From Octopus vulgaris (taxonomy: Eukaryota), in contig OX597814.1 in the NCBI GenBank assembly GCA_951406725.2, positions 85,994,001 to 86,058,000 on the forward strand: DNA of 64,000 bases. The letters run 5' to 3'. Both the position numbers and the translations under genes were made by a program. Shown here piece after piece: positions 57,271-64,000 of this stretch (position 1 is its first letter; every line of letters starts with the position of its first letter). The notes beneath the pieces were generated by a model, which was given only the letters and a program-made list of their open reading frames with translations, ran no database searches and was not told the DNA's origin.

Positions 57271-57817
57271 TTCTGAGGTGTATGAAATGAAATATCAACC
57301 GCTGTCGTGTTCTTTTGTCTCGTCTAAACCAGTCATGGCCAAACTTCGGCCTACGGGGTTTTCTGAATGGTGCACCTAACGAAAACTTACTTTAAATTGT
57401 CTATAGTGGAGCTCCTGCTTAAACTAAACCCTTCCCCCAAATTGCTGGCTTTGTGCCAAAATAGGAAGCGATTATTTCATCAAACACTATTTAAATACAG
57501 ATAATGCCGCTTTGTCTCATGGGAAAACCCTGGTTAGATTTTATTGCTATAACTTGCAAACCAAATTTGATACTTCAACACCACTTCTCAAATCTGTAAA
57601 TAAAATATAACAAAATTTTTAAAATTATATTAATACTGCTGCATAAAAGATTTTTTTAAATATCCAATTATATAATATTTTTAAACTAGAATATTTTAAT
57701 GGTTTCTAATAAAACTTTAAATTATTCATAGTTAATCATGCGTGTAGTATTAAACAAACATATATAGCAGCGTATATGAAATGCATACGTATACCTTTCT
57801 TTCTCTCTTATCCCCAC

Positions 57818-57880
<63 letters not shown>

Positions 57881-58104
57881 TCTTTCGATGTTTCTCTATG
57901 CATTCTTCCTCGATACACAAACTCACATGTATACAGCAATATAATGTGGATATTTATACGTACGTGTGTGCACCCGTGAATGTGTATGTACGTGTGCGTG
58001 GGTGTTTATATCTGAGTGTGTACGTTTATTTGTGTATAGGCATATTTGTAGGTATGTATGTGCATACGTTTGGTGTATGTATATATATGTGCGAATGTGT
58101 GTGT

Positions 58105-58170
<66 letters not shown>

Positions 58171-58401
58171 GCATACATACGTACAAGCATACAGGTACAC
58201 TCACACACACTCATACACATTCATATGTGTGTGAGTGTGTATATATACATATATGCATATATACATATGCATATATGTTATATATATATATATATATATA
58301 TTTATATGCATATGTATATATGCATAAGTATATATATATGTGAATTCGGGTGTGTGCGTATACATCCAAAATTATAATGGCATGCTAAAAAATTTATGTA
58401 G

Positions 58402-58617
<216 letters not shown>

Positions 58618-58809
58618 TGAACACGGAGACCTACTGAACGAGTTGATCAGATATCAAACAGCTCGTTCTTAAGCTGCAGTTTAATTAATTAGAGAACACC
58701 CAAGCTATCTTCATTATGTGCATGAACTCACACAAACATGTTATAGACACACACACGACACGCACCACAAATAGCGCACACACATGTATGTGTATGTGTG
58801 TATGTGTGA

Positions 58810-58859
<50 letters not shown>

Positions 58860-58937
58860 CTATCTATACCTACATACTTACATATATCTATCTCTCTCTC
58901 TCTCTTTCTCTGTATATTTACACACACACACACACAC

Positions 58938-58975
<38 letters not shown>

Positions 58976-59179
58976 GTATATATATATGCATATTGTATAT
59001 TCATATGTATATGTATATAGATACATGCATACATATATATATAAATGTATATGTATATATATATATATATAAACATGCATCAATATATATACATAGGTAT
59101 ATATATACATATATATATTTATATATATACATGCATACACATGTATATATATTTATGCATGTACCCATATACATACATA

Positions 59180-59221
<42 letters not shown>

Positions 59222-59572
59222 AACATATGTATGTGTATACATATATATATATATATATATATTGAGCAGTTATTATATGTCTTTAACTCATATGTATACG
59301 AATATATGCGTGTATGTAGGCTTCTGTGTATATGTATGGTGTTAAATATGCATGTATTATCTTAATCTTTCTTATATAGCATGCGTTAATAAAAAAGAGT
59401 AAAAACTATTACACTGAACAGAATAGTTTTTGGGTTTTTTTTTTTTGCTTTTTTTTCCTACTTTTTAAACAGTGAAAGAGTCTTTCTGAATATTGGTTGC
59501 TTATTGTTCTTTAAAACAGTATATATTAATGTATAAATTCAGGTGTATATAAGGACACATACATATTGCGCG

Positions 59573-59673
<101 letters not shown>

Positions 59674-59913
59674 TATGTACAAGCATACATCGATTTGGTA
59701 GTCTTTTGCTTTGGCTTTGGCGTACGAGGATTGAACTGTAAATCAACAGAAAAGTTTTACTTCGAATCTTTGTATTTCTTACCAGACACAGAAAGCAATT
59801 CTCGTCTGCTAGACTACCGGCAGAGACGGTATGCTTATAGTTATGAAGCATTATAGAGGACCACCACAGTACCATTTGGATGAACTTAGAGCAGAAAATG
59901 ATGAAATCTGTAT

Positions 59914-60000
<87 letters not shown>

Positions 60001-60024
60001 TATATGTGTGTGTATGTGTATATT

Positions 60025-60066
<42 letters not shown>

Positions 60067-60175
60067 ACTGTGTGTATGTGTGTGTATGTGTAAGCATACC
60101 TGTATATACACATATATACATATATATTTAAACACACATATATATGCATGCATAAATACAAGTACACGCACGTGC

Positions 60176-60244
<69 letters not shown>

Positions 60245-60940
60245 CCTGACTTTAGAATAGACTGTCTATTCGTCTATGAAACCTAAAGTAATGTGAAGTT
60301 GAGTTAACCTGTTATTAACTGCTTACAGTGCAACCTAACTGAAGTATGTGTATGCTTATTAAACGTTTCGGCTTGCTTGCGTTCGTCAGACAGTGCTTTA
60401 CCCGAGTTCCGTTTGGCCGCATATAGTTCATTAGAAGTTGATTTCTCTTTTGTTTTCAGGTAGGGTTAGGTGGAGCTATGTGAAATGTTAATTTGTTGTT
60501 GTGATAATTAGGTGAGGTGTACGTTGACTTGAGAAATAATTGACTCGAAATTGAGGGATAGAGGAAGATAGGAGGAAATTCTGTATTTGTTGGGGATGGG
60601 TTAATAGGAAATTATTGTGAGAGATTTAATTTGGTTTGATATAGCAATTTGATTATTGTTGGGGGCTCAGCTAATCGTAGAAACTGATATGTAAGACAGG
60701 TACGTTAAAATCAAACATGTCAAATTTATGTTACGATATTCTTTGTATAGAAAGTTGTTTTTTGTTGCGTTTTAGGATTCCCAAAAGAATGTTTATAGAT
60801 GAAACAGTCACCTACCACACGCCAGACTGCTCTTTAGTTGATGTTCATCTTGATCAAATGTTAAACCGCGTGTTTTGCAGGGGTTGGATTCAAAGATTAG
60901 GTTCCCATAAGCATTGGAGTTATCTATTATGTTTTTAGTG
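60245..60940 (-). mobile_element. Decayed PLE-like 3' region with hammerhead-like motif at ~60360-60390
   Basis: Minus strand CTGACGA ACGC aagcaa GCC GAAACGTT. Upstream sequence is only weakly GIY-YIG-like. Confidence 0.4.
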
Positions 60941-61031
60941 TAGTTATTTGAGTTAATATTATATAATAGTAGAGAAATGCAAGTATTCATGCACACATAC
61001 ATTCATACATAAATATACATATATGTATGTG

Positions 61032-61064
<33 letters not shown>

Positions 61065-61085
61065 GCATATATGTATAGATATATG

Positions 61086-61140
<55 letters not shown>

Positions 61141-61168
61141 ACATACATATATATATGTGTGTATATAT

Positions 61169-61202
<34 letters not shown>

Positions 61203-61210
<8 letters not shown>

Positions 61211-61548
61211 ATAAAAGATCGTGAATAAGGCCAAAACAATGCGAAGTAAATACAAGGTAAATCACAAGAAAACAAATATGTGAATGAATGTAGACTTACC
61301 TTGTATTCAATATTTCGGGTTATGACCCCATTTTCAAGAAATTGACGAATGCTGCCGATGTGCGTGTGCAACATTCGGCCACACACGCACACCGGCAAAA
61401 TTCCTCAATTTCTTGAAAATGGGGTCATAACCCCGAAATATTGAATACAAGGTAAGTCTACATTCATTCACATATTTGTTTTCTTGTAATTTTCCTTGCT
61501 TCTATTTCGCATTGTCTTGGCCTTATTCACGATCTTTTATACAATATA
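61203..61548. mobile_element. Fold-back element (~165-bp inverted arms) beside (TA)n, each arm carrying a U3:A8 hammerhead
   Basis: Arms ~61203-61368 and ~61382-61548. Plus strand 61410-61445: ttc TTGAAAA T GGGG tcataa CCCC GAAAT ATT gaa. Mirror copy on the minus strand at 61306-61340. Confidence 0.85.
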
Positions 61549-61582
61549 TTCTACACAATGCTTTATAGTAATTACTCCATTG

Positions 61583-61614
<32 letters not shown>

Positions 61615-61622
61615 CACATACA

Positions 61623-61697
<75 letters not shown>

Positions 61698-62163
61698 TAT
61701 ATATATATATGGGTGAAAATGTGTGTGCGATCATATATGTATGTGTGTGTGTGTGTGATCGCACACACATTTTCACTATGTACATCTGTTAACTTGGAAA
61801 CGTTTATGTAAATTTTTACCAAAATATTGACAATAGGGCTTCAGTTATTGCTTTCAGACACACACACATACCCACACTTACACACGTTGATTGTGTCTGT
61901 GTACAAGGTTCGGTAGCATAAATTCTTACATACAAGCATGAATATATATGAGTGCTTGTCTGTTGAAGAATTTTTTGGTGGATACAGCTAAGTAGACATT
62001 GCCAAACACCTTAAGCATATAAATTTCATCATGATTATTTTATATGATATTCAAATGTATATAAATTCATAAAATTTGCGTATATATGAGTACAGGCATG
62101 CATACATATACGTACTCAGACACACACTCATACACACATGCGCGCACATACACAAACTCACAA

Positions 62164-62195
<32 letters not shown>

Positions 62196-62206
62196 GAGTG
62201 TGTATT

Positions 62207-62252
<46 letters not shown>

Positions 62253-63365
62253 TATACATATATACATACATATATGCACGCACAAAGGGAAATGTCTTGC
62301 ATATATATGTGTGTATGTTTGTATATGCAAGTATATACATATATATGTATATATATGCAAGTATATGCATATATATGTATGTATGCAAATATATGTGGGT
62401 GTATGTATGTTTGTGTGTGTGTGTGTGTGTGCCTACTATTTACATGTACACACGTATACATAAGAATGTATGTTATTAAAGTTTTTCTCTTGCATACAAG
62501 TGCATTTAAATATTTTGCCCACTTACATACTAATGCGTATATATGAACATATACTTAGATTATACTTCTGTGCAAACACTGACTTACATTCATAATTGCA
62601 TATACAAATTCTGTCCCTGGATTTTAGTGTAAATAGTATATTTTGATACCAAAATGTTCCCATAATTATACTGTTACAGTACACTATTATAAGATAACTG
62701 CCAAAATAATTTTCAGGATGTTTCTGGGCTATAGAACCTTCAAATCATAAGTATTTTCTTCGTTGTTATATCGACGCGGAAAAAAAATATTTCTCCATAG
62801 ATGGAAGACAGATAAAAAAAACCAAATCACATACATATGCGCGCTCACACAATGAGCACACACGCACACACTCACACACACACGGACACACATACACACA
62901 CAACACACACATACGTACATACGTATGTGCATACAAACAAGAGAGAGACAAGGAAAAATATATATGTATGAAATATAGAGATACACAACCATCCACGCAT
63001 ATGCACATTCGTACACATTCGCCACGAATGCAGAAATGCGAGCACAAATTTGGTATATAACATTTTGAAATAGGGATTAAACTCTTTTGTGCGTTGGCTT
63101 ATAAAAGACTTTCAGAGTTTTAGCCTTGTAGCTTTACCTATGTTACGTAAGGGTAGGGGTTAAATGTAAAAAAATTTCGGACAAAAATAACTTATATGTA
63201 ACAGTACAACAGCCGAAACATTTTATCATGACAACATACTAATTACACTGCAATCTGGGAAAGCTCGACAGAAAATGTGTGTTTATGTGTGTGCTTTTAC
63301 ACCCCCACACAGCCACACACACACATACACTAACACATATACATATATTTCTATGTATATGCATA

Positions 63366-63406
<41 letters not shown>

Positions 63407-63556
63407 GTGTGTGTGTGATGTGTGTGTGTGTGTATGCACACTTATATTTACACACACACACATACACACACACACACACATAAATATATATACACATATA
63501 CTTACACAAACAAAAACTCACTCGCACATGTAAAGAGAAGCATGTGTGTATGTGTT

Positions 63557-63592
<36 letters not shown>

Positions 63593-63634
63593 CATATGTG
63601 TGCATTTTCTGATCACAAACATGGAAGAGATGTC

Positions 63635-63710
<76 letters not shown>

Positions 63711-63758
63711 CGGTAGTATTATGTAGTATCTAAAATATTTTTATCTGTATGTAAATAT

Positions 63759-63834
<76 letters not shown>

Positions 63835-64000
63835 TACATATATATATACATATATTACATATATATATAAACATATATATATGTATATATATGTGTGTGT
63901 ATATATATATATATACAAACAGATATATATACATACAAATATATACCGACAAATATACTATATATACATACTACACATACACAGACACACACATATACAT

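Noticed and set aside
57330-57385. CAGTCATGGCCAAACTTCGGCC resembling a hAT-Charlie TIR
   Set aside because: No partner TIR or TSD found.
59675-59915. Complex 240-bp island within (TA)n with a short open frame
   Set aside because: No motif, termini or homology recognised; probably a TE fragment.

Overview
Eukaryotic, very AT-rich and repeat-dominated window with no recognisable host protein-coding exon. The SINE families and the extreme (TA)n/(TATG)n/(GATA)n/(CA)n/(ATT)n microsatellite load suggest intergenic or intronic DNA of an octopod cephalopod (inference). Almost all ORFs in the supplied track are microsatellite artefacts. Real content: (i) a young GC-rich Tx1-clade LINE RT ORF (1-1759, minus strand, open to the window edge), 5'-truncated into (GATA)n; (ii) a decayed RTE-like LINE; (iii) Penelope-like element (PLE) remnants (one Neptune-like, three Naiad-like) plus many short PLE-terminal fragments and fold-backs embedded in (TA)n; (iv) two related non-autonomous Helitrons; (v) hAT, mariner, maT-like and Tc2-like DNA transposon relics and MITEs; (vi) about 30 tRNA-derived SINE copies of CORE-like, Meta-like and V-like types; (vii) a 5S rRNA pseudogene. 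The most striking signal is about a dozen minimal type I hammerhead ribozyme motifs. At least four unrelated-looking element families carry a U3:A8 core (UUGANAA-type), the compensatory form of the canonical C3:G8 (CUGANGA), and two of these sit in long fold-back elements. All calls are by eye, and coordinates of decayed elements are approximate.
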